Origin: an uncultured delta proteobacterium
GTDB taxonomy: Bacteria; Desulfobacterota; Binatia; UBA9968
Direction of reading: 5' to 3'
Assembly (NCBI GenBank): GCA_963745835.1
Contig: CAVUZH010000014.1
Location: 416,001-480,000, forward strand
DNA: 64,000 nt
Shown: positions 21,515 to 32,297 of the stretch, piece by piece
Numbering within the stretch: position 1 is the stretch's first letter
How the letters are laid out: every line of letters begins with the position of its first letter
Notes under the pieces: model-generated
What the model saw: the letters and a program-made list of their open reading frames with translations, nothing else
What the model was told of the DNA's origin: nothing
Database searches by the model: none
Position numbers and translations under genes: made by a program

Positions 21515-21952
21515 TGCTGCCGTTAACGGGCTGATCTTCCTTCAGAATATCGTCGAGAGGTTGGTTTTGTGCCGGCGCTCTAGGTCCAGCTGTGCAAGGT
21601 ATCGCGCCAGTGCATCAGCGAGCGCCTGCCTTTGGATGACTACCCGGAAGTAGTGTCCGCTTGCGCACGTTGATCAAGCTCGGCTGAACAAGCAGCCATC
21701 GATCAACGCTATCGAGCAGCAGCTTTGACCTCACCGCAAACTCAACCAGCGCCGCCTGCTGCGTGCTGATCATGTCCTGTCCGCCAAGATCATTGATAAG
21801 ATCGTTGCGCCACTTCGCGAGCCCTCTGCCGGTGGTGGTTCTCTTGTCTATCGCCCGACCACCCAACTGTCTTACTGCTTGCTTCAGCGCGTGTTAAGGC
21901 CGTGCTTTGTGTACCGGCAAGGGGTCTTCCGGTATGGTTCTGCTTCGCTCAT
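21483..21952 (-). pseudogene. Terminase small subunit-like protein, copy A (frameshifted)
   Basis: KHGL...LGGRAIDKRT...WRNDLINDLGG...STQQAALV...QPSLIN; homologous to 42524-42936. Confidence 0.55.
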
Positions 21953-22192
21953 GCGCACCTCGGCAACACGGACAATTCGCGGACAATCGCAAAAAAAGCC
22001 TTTTGCTGAAACGAGTTATGGCGGAACATCCGCTTTACAGGCAACGGACATTCGCGGTTTTCGTTTTTACCCCGATAGTCACTCTGCCAGGGGACGGACA
22101 AGCACTGCAAATTGAGTTGAAGGAGAATTCAATTCAATCCTGGTTGTTCAAGTAAAACCCCGATCTTAAAAATCGCCTCGTTCCGAACAAAT

Positions 22193-23190
22193 CTACTTGA
22201 TCAACTTGGTCGCCAGCGCGAGTACCCCGGCGGTATAGCCAGCCCAATCTGTTTGGCTGTTTTGAGGTTGATCACCAGCTCAAACTTTGTCGGCTGTTCA
22301 ATCGGCAAATCGCCGGGCTTGGCTCCTTTGAGAATTTTGTCCACGTAGATGGCTACGCGCCGGTAGCTGTGGGCGAGGTCCGCATTGTAGGACATGAGCC
22401 CACCGGCTTCTACAGCTTCTCTGCTGCCGTACACCGACGGTAGCCGACTCTTTAACGCAAAGCCCACGATCCGTTTTTCGTTAGGACGCATTATCCGGCC
22501 CGCGGTGATCACGTAGAGTCCATCCGGGCGCTGCTTGTTTAGCGCAGCAAAGACCTTCTCGAAGTCGTCCACCCCTCGTATCTCCCAAGGTTGAATAGTC
22601 AACCTTAGTGCATGCGCGTCGGCTGGGAGAAGCTCTTTTACCTCGTGTAAACTGGGTGCGGTTGGATCGTAAAGAACCGCGACACGGGCAAGTTTGGGAA
22701 CGGTTTCTTTGAGCAGCTCCAGCCGCTTCCCGCCTAGTTCTCTGGTAAGGTTTGTAATACCGGTAACATTGCCGCCGGGACGAGCAAGGCTTTCAACGAA
22801 GCCTGCCCTAACAGGATCGGACCCAACGCCCATCATGATGATGGGAATCGTTTTGGTCGCATTCTTGACCGCCTGGATCGGCCGGTTCCCTTCTGCCACC
22901 ACAATGATATCAACCTTCAGACGCACCAGCTCAGCCGCAAGGTCAGGATACCGATCGCGGTTCCCCTCCCCATATCGGTACTCGATGACGATGTTCTGTC
23001 CTTCTATGTAGCCAAGCTCGCGCAGAGCCAGCCGCATTGCCTCGGCACGGCCGGAGTTAGTAGCCGGATCGACCGCCGATAGATACCCTATCCGGGGGAC
23101 TTTCTTCGGCTGCTGTGCCTCGGCGAATTGGATGCTGGCCAAGAAAACAGTCAGCAGAAGAACGGTCTTCATGCCTGACGCTCTTATCAC
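22193..23190 (-). CDS. ABC transporter substrate-binding protein (1-nt G-run indel near 3' end)
   Basis: Family motifs; corrected end IPPGVLALATKLIK*. Confidence 0.92.
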
Positions 23191-24167
23191 TTTATGACCC
23201 TGTCGGCCCGCGCCAACACATTGGGCGGAATGGTGAGGCCGATCTGCTTGGCTGTTTTAAAATTGATTACAAGTTCGAACTTGGTCGGCTGCTCTAGTGG
23301 AAGATCAGCGGGCTTCGCGCCTTTGAGAATCTTATCGACGTAAATAGCAGCCCGCCGGAACAAATCGCCACGATCCGTTCCATAGGACATGAGGCCACCG
23401 GGTTCCACGAAGTTTTTATCGTCGTACATTCCCGGAAGCCGGTTTTGCAGTGCAATTTTCAGGAACTCCGTTCGATACTTAATGAAGAGGGGATTTCTCA
23501 GGGCGATCAAAGCGCCGGCCCTTTCTCTGAGTGCGCTCTTGAATGCGATCCCAAAGTCCTCAGGCCTGCCAACCTCAAGAGGTTGGAGCTTGATGCCCAA
23601 TGCGCCCGCTGCGGTTTCCGTTTCCTTGATCTGATCTTCTAGAGATGCATTGGTCGGATTCCAAAAGACGGCCACGCGACTGAGGTTGGCGAGAGTGTCC
23701 TTGAGAATCTCAAGCCTTTTCCCGCCAAGCTCCACGAACCCGGATAGACCTGTTACGTTCCCGCCAGGCCGTGCCAGGCTTGTTACCAATCCAGAGCCGA
23801 CTGGGTCACCCACCAGGATCACGATGGGTATGGAGGGGTTCGCCTTTTTGGCTGCGTGTGCCGCTGCTGTGATCGGCGTAAAGATGACATCAACTTTGCT
23901 GCCGATCAGCTCTGTTACGAGAGGCGCAATTCGGTCAGGTTTACCTTCCATAGCTCGGATTTCAAGACTTACGTTCTTTCCCTCAACGTATCCAAGCTCG
24001 CGCAGCCCCTGACGGAACGGTTCGATGCCCTGGCTCTCGGAAATCGAGGCACCCTCAAAAAATCCTATCCGATGAACTTTCGTCGCCTGCTGCGCCTCGA
24101 CTGCAAAGCTAAGCGACCAGAGCATAGCAGCTAGGCCGAACTGAATGACTCTCTGAGTGAGTCTCAC
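23187..24167 (-). CDS. ABC transporter substrate-binding protein
   Basis: Family motifs; stop overlaps next start. Confidence 0.93.
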   Translation of the reverse strand: MRLTQRVIQFGLAAMLWSLSFAVEAQQATKVHRIGFFEGASISESQGIEPFRQGLRELGYVEGKNVSLEIRAMEGKPDRIAPLVTELIGSKVDVIFTPITAAAHAAKKANPSIPIVILVGDPVGSGLVTSLARPGGNVTGLSGFVELGGKRLEILKDTLANLSRVAVFWNPTNASLEDQIKETETAAGALGIKLQPLEVGRPEDFGIAFKSALRERAGALIALRNPLFIKYRTEFLKIALQNRLPGMYDDKNFVEPGGLMSYGTDRGDLFRRAAIYVDKILKGAKPADLPLEQPTKFELVINFKTAKQIGLTIPPNVLARADRVIK

Positions 24168-24242
24168 TTGATCACCTTATCAGCACGGGCAAGGACATTC
24201 TGCGGAATCATCAAAGCAATCTGCTTGGCGGTTTTCAGCTTA
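24164..24242 (-). pseudogene. C-terminal remnant of a fifth SBP
   Basis: KLKTAKQIALMIPQNVLARADKVIK*. Confidence 0.75.
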
Positions 24243-24318
24243 ATGCCATCTCGAAGTCCCTCACCGAATGGAAAAAACTCGCGCCCATTAAAAACAACGC
24301 CCACGCGAGGAACGTGCC

Positions 24319-24405
24319 TTATACGGCATACGCTACATAAACCGAGGTCATCAGGAAGACGAAAGATAAAGGAAGGAACTCTAGAACAGAAACCCATTCA
24401 TTCAT
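24319..24405 (-). CDS. 28-aa hydrophobic micropeptide
   Basis: GGAGG RBS, MNEWVSVLEFLPLSFVFLMTSVYVAYAV*; sigma-54 site upstream. Confidence 0.55.
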   Translation of the reverse strand: MNEWVSVLEFLPLSFVFLMTSVYVAYAV

Positions 24406-24447
24406 CGTGCCTCCGTCTGTGTTCCAATTAGCGGCTGGTACTAACAC

Positions 24448-24463
24448 CGCAATGGTTATGCCA
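24448..24463 (-). promoter_or_regulatory. Putative sigma-54 promoter
   Basis: Minus strand TGGCATAACCATTGCG. Confidence 0.6.
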
Positions 24464-24627
24464 TAAAAGGAAACCTCTGAATACGGTATTCTTTTGATTA
24501 AACATGAGTCGGCGTAGTGCTTTGACTACAGGGCAGTATCAGATTTGATTCCCAATCCCCGAGGAGTGATCTAATGCTCAGCCTTCGTGAACTGCGAACG
24601 CTCGTAAGCGAAGCGGTAGCGGTACGA

Positions 24628-24920
24628 TTATGTCAGCGTCTCGTTCAGCATCCACGCCAGCCTCGCTCCGGCCTGTGCTAAGGGAGTCCGAATCACAGCG
24701 CGTGCCGATTCGATGCAAGTTGCAGTGATCTCGCCGGACGCAGGTAGCCGAAAAACTTGCGTCCTGACTATTGCCAGTGATTCCAGCGCCCATTTTGCCG
24801 GTGTTCCTTGTTGCCACTGGTGATCCTCACGCGTCATCGTAGCTTGGATACGTCCAACGATCTCTGTCGGAGTGCCTTGCTCTAATTCAACGAGAGCCGT
24901 AAGCAAATACTTACGTTCGA
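24628..24920 (-). pseudogene. S1/P1 nuclease C-terminal remnant (copy 1)
   Basis: WALES...LAQAGARLAWMLN, characteristic S1/P1 C-terminal helix. Confidence 0.7.
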
Positions 24921-25067
24921 TACTCGGGTCTCTTTGAGAGCATCGCGGCAAACCGTACTTACGAGAAGACGTGGTCTGGGATCATTATTGACGATTCTCT
25001 CTAGACAGACACCCACATTTTTGACGCCGGTACTCCATAGATTGCCAAATCAGTCCAAGGTAAATCT

Positions 25068-25083
25068 TGGCATCAGCGTTGCT
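25068..25083 (+). promoter_or_regulatory. Putative sigma-54 promoter
   Basis: TGGCATCAGCGTTGCT immediately upstream of ATG 25099. Confidence 0.6.
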
Positions 25084-25098
25084 CGGTCAGGACTGCCT

Positions 25099-25287
25099 AT
25101 GGAAAACGATCTTGAACCGCTTCGTTTGTTAACTCTCGATGAGGCGGCTAAGGTTCTGCAGGTCTCTAAGCGAACGGTACGCCGTATGGTCGATCAGAAA
25201 GAATTTCCGGCATTTAAGGTCGGCGGACAGTGGCGTGTCCGTGAAAGCGAAGTCACCAAATGGATTCAAGAACTCTCTGAGCTATAG
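25099..25287 (+). CDS. Excisionase-family HTH DNA-binding protein
   Basis: LLTLDEAAKVLQVSKRTVRRMV...PAFKVGGQWRV. Confidence 0.88.
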   Translation: MENDLEPLRLLTLDEAAKVLQVSKRTVRRMVDQKEFPAFKVGGQWRVRESEVTKWIQELSEL

Positions 25288-25566
25288 ACAGAACGTGCTT
25301 ACCACTGATTGCTCTTAGCAACACCCCAAACGGCTGCACATGCATTCAACTCAAAATGGCCAAAGCGGTTTTAAACTCTGAGATGTCATCCCAGTAAGCG
25401 TATGTTGGCTTGATCAGTGGCTCTAGCGCGGTTACAATGTCAGCTACGTAAACGCCAGCGACCCACACACACCCTAACACATTCAAGAATATAACGGCTC
25501 TGTCGTCAGCGAACTGTGCGTCGCGGAGTCCGCCTCCGCCATCAGGACGCATTAAGGCATCACCGG

Positions 25567-27264
25567 ATGACGCACTATACATTCCCGCAACTCCTCAAGC
25601 ATGATTTCGCCGATTATAACATTCCAAAATTCCGGCAGGATCTACTCGCCGGGTTGACAGTTGCCGCAGTCGCATTGCCATTGGCGCTCGCCTTCGGTGT
25701 CGCTTCAGGTGCGACTGCCAGCGCTGGTTTGATCACGGCGATATTGGCGGGCTTGATCATTGGCGGGCTTTCAGGGGCTCCTTATCAGATTTCAGGCCCA
25801 ACGGGCGCGATGAGCGCAGTGCTAATTGTGTTAGCGGAAAAACACGGTTTGGCTGGAATCTGGTTTGCCGGGATGCTGGCCGGTATGCTCTTGTTGGTTA
25901 TCGGTGTTGCCCGGCTAGGCCGCTTTATCGCGTTTGTTCCCGCCCCGGTGATTGCCGGCTTTACCTCCGGCATCGCGCTCATCATTGCGATCGGTCAAAT
26001 CGATAATCTTCTCGGCGTGCAATCAGGCCCGACAAGCTCTGCGGCTTTAAAGCTATTTGGTTACTTCAACGCCGGGCTGGTTCCGGATTGGCATGCTCTC
26101 GCGCTCGGGACTGTGGTGATTCTTACGATGATCTTGTGGCCAAAGGCATGGAGCGCTCGCTTTCCCGCATCACTCTTAGCGATCATCCTCGCAACCGTTA
26201 TTAATGCGGTGCTCGGATGGCCGGTCGGCGTCATAGGCGAAATCCCGCAAACGCTTTTGCTCGATCAACGCTTGACCTTCGATATGATTCCCTGGGCTCA
26301 TCTACAGGAGTTCGTCGCGCCAGCTCTGGCGATTACCGCATTAGGCGCGGTGGAGAGTTTGCTCTGCGGCGCAGTGGCGAGCAACATGACGGGAATTCGT
26401 TTGCAGGCCAATCAGGAACTGATTGCGCAGGGCATCGGCAATGCAATTATCCCATTTTTCGGCGGCGTACCGGCCACGGCCGCGATTGCCCGCAGCAGCG
26501 TTGGCATCAAGTCCGGCGGCCAGACCCGCCTGGTCAGCATTGTGCACGCTCTGGGCCTACTGGCTTCCATGTTTTTGCTCGGACCGATCATGGGAACCAT
26601 TCCGCTAGCCGCCCTTGCTGGGGTCTTGATGGTCACGGCATGGCACATGAATGAATGGGAAGCAATTCACTATATCTTCAGTCACCGTTTCAAAACCGCG
26701 ATGATTACGTTCTTGGTTACAATGGTGGCGACGGTCGGCTTGGACTTGACCGAGGCGATCTTACTCGGGGCCTTTATATCCGGCGCGATATTTTTGAATC
26801 AGAGCGCGAGCATCGATATCGATGTTCAAGAAGTAGACCCCGAGAAGTTGCGCAAGCGCGGCATCGAGAACGCCGGCAATTGCCGTCATGTGCGTGTGGC
26901 GTACTTGACCGGTCCGCTGTTCTTCGCCGCCACAAGCAATTTCAACGAAGCCTTTGCGCGGTTCGAAAGCACGCATGCGCTGATTCTTTCAATGCGCGGC
27001 GTGCCTTTGATCGACACCTCCGGCCTGCAAGCGATGACGGCGTTATTCTATAAGCTCAACAAGCAAGGCATCACCCTTAGCGTGACCGCGGCCCATGAAG
27101 ATGTATTGCGTATGATGGAGCGAGGCGGGTTGATTTCGATTATCGGCTCGGAGAATGTCTTTTGGAGCTCGGATCAAGCAATCGTCGCGTTGGAAAGCCG
27201 GGGCTGCGGCTATTGCCTCAAGAAGAAGCATACTATTTCCCGCCAACAAGTGGTTGCCATCTGA
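25567..27264 (+). CDS. SulP/SLC26 anion transporter with STAS domain
   Basis: DLLAGLTVAAVALPLALAFG, ISGPTGAM, NQELIAQG, GPLFFAA, IDTSGL. Confidence 0.95.
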   Translation: MTHYTFPQLLKHDFADYNIPKFRQDLLAGLTVAAVALPLALAFGVASGATASAGLITAILAGLIIGGLSGAPYQISGPTGAMSAVLIVLAEKHGLAGIWFAGMLAGMLLLVIGVARLGRFIAFVPAPVIAGFTSGIALIIAIGQIDNLLGVQSGPTSSAALKLFGYFNAGLVPDWHALALGTVVILTMILWPKAWSARFPASLLAIILATVINAVLGWPVGVIGEIPQTLLLDQRLTFDMIPWAHLQEFVAPALAITALGAVESLLCGAVASNMTGIRLQANQELIAQGIGNAIIPFFGGVPATAAIARSSVGIKSGGQTRLVSIVHALGLLASMFLLGPIMGTIPLAALAGVLMVTAWHMNEWEAIHYIFSHRFKTAMITFLVTMVATVGLDLTEAILLGAFISGAIFLNQSASIDIDVQEVDPEKLRKRGIENAGNCRHVRVAYLTGPLFFAATSNFNEAFARFESTHALILSMRGVPLIDTSGLQAMTALFYKLNKQGITLSVTAAHEDVLRMMERGGLISIIGSENVFWSSDQAIVALESRGCGYCLKKKHTISRQQVVAI

Positions 27265-27447
27265 GCGGGCAGAGAAAGTCGCAAGTGATCACAATCCAGC
27301 TAATGGCAATGCCTCCTTTATAAGCGAGTAAGGCTTAATAAGCAGCCGAATGCGTCTCGATACCTTTTCAACATGGAAACAGCATGATGACAATGATGCC
27401 CTGTCCTGAAAGTATCAGAATTGATTCATCAAGCTCGTAGCATGCTC

Positions 27448-27590
27448 TTTACTGAACGGTCTCATTAAGCATCCACGCCAGCCTCACTCCTGCCTGCGCT
27501 AAACGAGTGCGGATTACAGCACCTGCCGGTTCGATGTAAGTTGCAGTGATCTCGCCCCACACCGGTAGCTGATACACCTGCGCCCTCACA
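27448..27590 (-). pseudogene. S1/P1 nuclease C-terminal remnant (copy 2)
   Basis: Diverged direct repeat of about 24635-24770 (GCATCCACGCCAGCCTC...AGTTGCAGTGATCTCGCC). Confidence 0.7.
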
Positions 27591-27706
27591 AGTCAAAGGC
27601 TGCTGGTATAAACGACCAGGATCCAAAATCACAGCAATGTTCGCGAGTTCTGAAGAAATGGACTCAACTAATTAAGTTGAAAGCTCGGGACAATTTGAGT
27701 CCGTAC

Positions 27707-28132
27707 TCAATGTCCCCGTACCGCTTGCGGACAATGCTCTTTAGCCGCTTCTAAAAGCACAACGGCTTCGTCTTCAGTGCACTCTAGGATCACGCACTTA
27801 AAAAGCGGTCTTTCATGTGACCACCGGGCGAGTTCCGGGCATTTGCGGAGAACAGTGTAGGCGGAAGCCTCAGGCATAATGTTCTGCAACAGTTGCTCGT
27901 AGTCCGCACGCGCCAGCCCGATCGTAATCTTCATTAGTTTTAGAGCGTCTGACGGTGGCAAATTGACAGCTCTATAAGCATCGATGTCAAATGAAGCATC
28001 CTCTTCCATGCGCAGATGTATAGCGATATCAATGGCCCGAATATCTGCCTCCAACTTTGCTTGTTTTTCGTAGAGCTCCCGGATCTCACGTAAAATTCTC
28101 GCCTGTAGATCGGGATCAGCAAACGTCGACAT
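27707..28132 (-). CDS. Hypothetical protein with C-terminal 'C...A..HCP' family domain
   Basis: AGGAGG RBS; VILECTEDEAVVLLEAAKEHCPQA. Confidence 0.65.
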   Translation of the reverse strand: MSTFADPDLQARILREIRELYEKQAKLEADIRAIDIAIHLRMEEDASFDIDAYRAVNLPPSDALKLMKITIGLARADYEQLLQNIMPEASAYTVLRKCPELARWSHERPLFKCVILECTEDEAVVLLEAAKEHCPQAVRGH

Positions 28133-28711
28133 TTCTGTCCCTCCTCTTGAGGAAACTATCAAGCAGCGCAACAAACAGGCCATCCAACAGTCATTAAGTA
28201 CAACCAAATTCAACCGCCAAGCGTAAATCAGATGGACAGAAATAAACAAAAGTACATAGATGAAAGAGCCACATGGCAGAATTGACAAAGAGGCAGGAGA
28301 AGAGATGGCAGACTGTTTCGGAGAGGTTGTGTTCTAACGGTTTGGTGGTAGGAAAACTTTTAGAGCCTTAATGCCGCCGTAAAGAGACAAGGAAGGATTT
28401 TTATGGCAGCTCCTAACATTACAAGCGCTACCTCCTTCTATTCCTTGGTCCTGGCATAGGCCCTTATTGTGCTATCGCTGTGGAAGGTCGATATGGGCTT
28501 AGTTGGACGAGCAGGACTTACCTCCTGGGGAGGCGACAGCGCTGTCGTAACAAGGTTAGCACCTACAGCGGCAGGGGATGAGTCCCGCTCCGAAGTCTTT
28601 CGTCTACTCGCATCTTTGTTTTGAACTTCTGACGCTACTCGCTCCGCGAGGAAATCGTCTCCTGCTCGACAGACCCGGGACCGCACCAGCTAGTGCAAGG
28701 AGCGTTTAGGT

Positions 28712-30265
28712 ATGTACAACAGCTATTTTGGGTTTTCGGTCTCGCCTTTCAGTGTCAGTCCTGATCCGAGTTTTTTTTATACCAATCCGGTTTACCAGGA
28801 AGCTTATGCCAATCTGCAGGATGGTATTAAGTCCAAGAAGGGCTTAATCATCATTACGGGCAAGGCGGGAACAGGCAAAACCACATTGCTGCGGAAACTG
28901 ATGACGGACCACCTACACGGACCCATACAGACGGTGTTCGTATCCAAGACGTACCTGGATTTCACTGAATTACTCCAAGTAATTCATCACGACTTGGGTT
29001 TGGGCATTGATGACGCAAACAAGCTAAGTCTGCTTCAGGAGCTTAACGAGTACCTGATCACGCAGCTCAAGCAGTCTCATGTTGTGTCGGTGCTAGTTGA
29101 TGAAGCTCAATACCTGAGCGATGATGCTCTCGAAGGTCTGAGACTTCTCTCAAAACTCGAAATTAATCAGGAGAGGCTGATTCAGATCGTGCTCATGGGT
29201 CGGCCTGAGCTTCGGGCAAAACTAGAGCGACCTACTCTCCCGCAGCTCAAACAGCGAGTGGCGCTTCAATGTCGAGTCTTTCCCCTTATACGCTCGGAGG
29301 TCGGTCCATATATAGATTTTCGACTGCGGGCTGCGGGGTACACGAGCAATGATCTATTTTCTCCTGATGCCGTTCGGCTGATTGCGACCTGTTCGTATGG
29401 TATTCCCCGGCTGGTGAACATAATCTGTGATAATGCGCTACTCACCGCCTATTCAGGCGATCAGAAAAATGTTTCTGCGGAGGTGATCAAGCAAGTTACT
29501 CGCGATCTCAGTTCAGGGTTAGAAGAACAGTCCGCTCAAGCCGAGATCGCGCCTGCTGTTGCGGTGACTAAGCCCGAAGCGGCAATGCCTGAGGATGGCC
29601 GCTTTCCCTCGCTCGCCGAGCCAGTTACGCCGCGCTTACAACGACAACGACGCAACAGAAGTTTGACCTGGGTACCGCTAGGCGCGGCCCTAGCGCTGGT
29701 TGCGCTTGGGGGTGCCGCGGCTACCCTCTATTCACCGCGAATCAAGGGCTACCTCGCACAAGTGACGTCACCGGAAAATCGCCGCTTAGCAACACAGTAT
29801 CTTTATCAAAATCGTTCAGTGACTTTTAAAACGAGCGCACCTGAGGTTTCGGTGCCACCGTGGGAGGGTGCCGCCCGCGACCGCGCCGAACCCGAGAACT
29901 CTGCCAAGGATCGGCTTTCATTTCCGCAAGGCACGCCTGACCCCGAACAAGCGCAGCCGCAAGAAAGCCCACCCAAAAAGAAAGACCCGCGTTTAGGAGT
30001 TTTTGAAGTTGTCGGGGGCTCATCATTTCTGCGCGGCAGTCCTGGTCCGAACGCCGAAATCGTCGCCACCCTGGAGCCCTCTACACGTGTCAAGGTAGTA
30101 ACTGCGCGAGGAGATTACCTTCAAGTACAGGCGGTCTTGGAAGGCAAGACCATTCGTGGCTATGTTCATCGCGAAGATGCTCATTTTGAGCGGCCAAAAA
30201 AAGACAGCAGCGGGCCAATGGGACCAGTGTCACTACCGGAATCAACTGATAAAACGAATCGCTGA
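28712..30265 (+). CDS. ExeA/GspA-like AAA ATPase with TM segment and C-terminal SH3-like domain
   Basis: YFGFSVSPFSVSPDP, Walker A GKAGTGKTT, Walker B VLVDEAQ, GIPRLVNIICDNALL, GYVHRE. Confidence 0.9.
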   Translation: MYNSYFGFSVSPFSVSPDPSFFYTNPVYQEAYANLQDGIKSKKGLIIITGKAGTGKTTLLRKLMTDHLHGPIQTVFVSKTYLDFTELLQVIHHDLGLGIDDANKLSLLQELNEYLITQLKQSHVVSVLVDEAQYLSDDALEGLRLLSKLEINQERLIQIVLMGRPELRAKLERPTLPQLKQRVALQCRVFPLIRSEVGPYIDFRLRAAGYTSNDLFSPDAVRLIATCSYGIPRLVNIICDNALLTAYSGDQKNVSAEVIKQVTRDLSSGLEEQSAQAEIAPAVAVTKPEAAMPEDGRFPSLAEPVTPRLQRQRRNRSLTWVPLGAALALVALGGAAATLYSPRIKGYLAQVTSPENRRLATQYLYQNRSVTFKTSAPEVSVPPWEGAARDRAEPENSAKDRLSFPQGTPDPEQAQPQESPPKKKDPRLGVFEVVGGSSFLRGSPGPNAEIVATLEPSTRVKVVTARGDYLQVQAVLEGKTIRGYVHREDAHFERPKKDSSGPMGPVSLPESTDKTNR

Positions 30266-30420
30266 GAGCCGCGAAATCGTAAGTCAGAGTCGGGCGCTAC
30301 TTCTAAGAAGCATGTATCTGGCGGAACGAACGAACTAAGTCTTAACGGGACAATGCCGGCAGTCGGACACCGACCAAAGTGTTTCGGAATATCCGTCTGC
30401 GTTGAATCCGCTTCCGTCGC

Positions 30421-31035
30421 TCACCAGCGCCTATCCTTTTCGCGCACGACATCCTTTGGCTCTTTATCCTCTCGCAACCCGCAGAACTTAGAATGCCGCA
30501 AATGGCCGTCCGGCGTCCACTCGGTAAGTTCGATCTGCGCGACAAGCTGCGGTTTGAGCCAAATGCAGTTCTTCATTTCCTCGCGGGTGAGCGAGAACTG
30601 GGTGCGTTTCTTCTCAGGCAGGTTGGCAAACGGATACAGAGGCGCCTCCAATCCTTTCAGCTTCCGCCAAACTTCACGACGCAGGCGAGGCACGAAGCCG
30701 TTTCGAACTTTAGCAGCATAGGTCAGCTTGTCGCCTTCATAGTAGCCGACGGTCACTGCATCGAGCGGATTGCCCGGCGTGTAGCCGCCGATGACGAACT
30801 CTTGTGATTTGTTGACCTTGTACTTCACCCAAGCGCCGCTGCGCTTGCCGGATTCGTAGAAAGAGTCTTTGCGCTTGGCGATCACACCTTCGAACCCGAA
30901 CTCCTTGACGACTTGGATCAGTTCGGCGGGACTTGCATCGATGCTCTCCGATAGCGAGATTGCGGTGGCTTTTCGGGTGAGCGGTTTCATTAAGTCGCTC
31001 AGCACTTCCCGTCGTTTCGACAGTGGCTCATTGAC
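30421..31035 (-). pseudogene. ATP-dependent DNA ligase (LigD/LigC-type) C-terminal part, 5'-truncated
   Basis: PLSKRREVL, EGVIAKRKDS.Y.SGKRSGAWVKYK, EFVIGGYT, EWTPDGHLRH..FCGLREDK; KxDG motif missing. Confidence 0.85.
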
Positions 31036-31039
31036 TAAA

Positions 31040-31651
31040 TTGATCCCTAGAAATGTATTGCTCGTCGCGGGTATTTGGTTCGTCTTATTTCCGGCGATCT
31101 CGTACGGGCAAAGCGCAGAAGCGCCGGTGTACAAAGATGGTGATTGGTGGCGCATCAAGCAGGAAATAACTCGCGTGGGATTCGATGTTTCCGGTCCGTG
31201 TTCGGAAGCATACGCAGAGTATGTCGTTAGAATAGCCGGCGGAAAGCCGAATGTCTTTGGCCTGACAAGTGACGGAGAAACTGCTACAGACTGCCCTTTG
31301 ATCGCGGCAAAAGTCTTAGGTAGAGCTGATTTAAAGTTTCCATTATATGTAGGTCTGTCTTGGTCGGAGCGCGGTTCCAGACAAGTCCCTGGGATGAGAC
31401 CTACCTCGGTGGACTATAAGTATGAAGTCAATGCCTGGGAGAAAATAAAGACTCCCAAGGGCGAGTTCGAGGCTTTTAAGGTTGTGAAGTCTTTTCTCCT
31501 TTCGCAACCTGGCGGTAAAGGTATTAAGCCTCGTTGGCAGATTCAGACCTACTATTACGCCCCGGCACTCAAAGCGGTTGTTCATTATCGTGCTGAGGAC
31601 GAGGGTTTTACGGCAACTACTACACTTGTGGATTCTAACTTGGTCCAATGA
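31040..31651 (+). CDS. Secreted beta-rich hypothetical protein
   Basis: Signal peptide, APVYKDGDWW, EKIKTPKGEFEAFKV, YYYAPAL; start uncertain. Confidence 0.7.
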   Translation: MIPRNVLLVAGIWFVLFPAISYGQSAEAPVYKDGDWWRIKQEITRVGFDVSGPCSEAYAEYVVRIAGGKPNVFGLTSDGETATDCPLIAAKVLGRADLKFPLYVGLSWSERGSRQVPGMRPTSVDYKYEVNAWEKIKTPKGEFEAFKVVKSFLLSQPGGKGIKPRWQIQTYYYAPALKAVVHYRAEDEGFTATTTLVDSNLVQ

Positions 31652-31898
31652 GTGTTGCCATCAGTCAGCTCATGAAAAACTTCAATTCGACCGGCCTAGG
31701 GTTATTTGACATTTCTATCGAAAAGATTCACGAGCCAATGCACTGAATACTCAGCGCGACTTCAAGAAGATAAGAAAATCCGACAGCAAAAGTTTCGCAA
31801 TAGGTTAGCTATCTCAAAGGCGTCCATATTATAAACCTTATTATAAACCTTGTCGCACAACCTGCATTTGCGACCCATATTCGAATCGAGGTAATGCA

Positions 31899-32297
31899 AT
31901 GGCCTTTACTATCAACCAAATTAAGACATACCGCCGTTGGTTTGGATGGGGGTTTGTCGGATCATTTTTAGTGTTCGCGATTCTATTAGCGGTTGTGCTG
32001 ATGCCAGACGCCCCAAGTGGTTATCGTCTGCCTGATGATAATAGGATGTACCCACCGCTTAAGGCCGAGATGGTACTGGCACTTGGTTTCTTTGTAATTT
32101 CTTTCACAACTCTTATCGGATTCCTAGTTATGACGGTTGTTATGTGGCGCAAACAACAGACAGAGAGTAACCACGCCAGTATTGAGTTGGAGAAAAAGCA
32201 ACCAGAGCTTGAGAAACTTCGCCGAGAGATCGCCGATAAAAACGCCGCAGCTCAAGAAAAAAGGAACAAGATATCTAAGCGAAGGCGCATCGTCTAA
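31899..32297 (+). CDS. Two-TM membrane protein with coiled coil
   Basis: GAGG RBS; two hydrophobic helices. Confidence 0.65.
   Translation: MAFTINQIKTYRRWFGWGFVGSFLVFAILLAVVLMPDAPSGYRLPDDNRMYPPLKAEMVLALGFFVISFTTLIGFLVMTVVMWRKQQTESNHASIELEKKQPELEKLRREIADKNAAAQEKRNKISKRRRIV

Noticed and set aside
21969-21987. GGACAAT tandem repeat as a third arm-type site
   Set aside because: Differs from TGGACACATT and no att core is nearby
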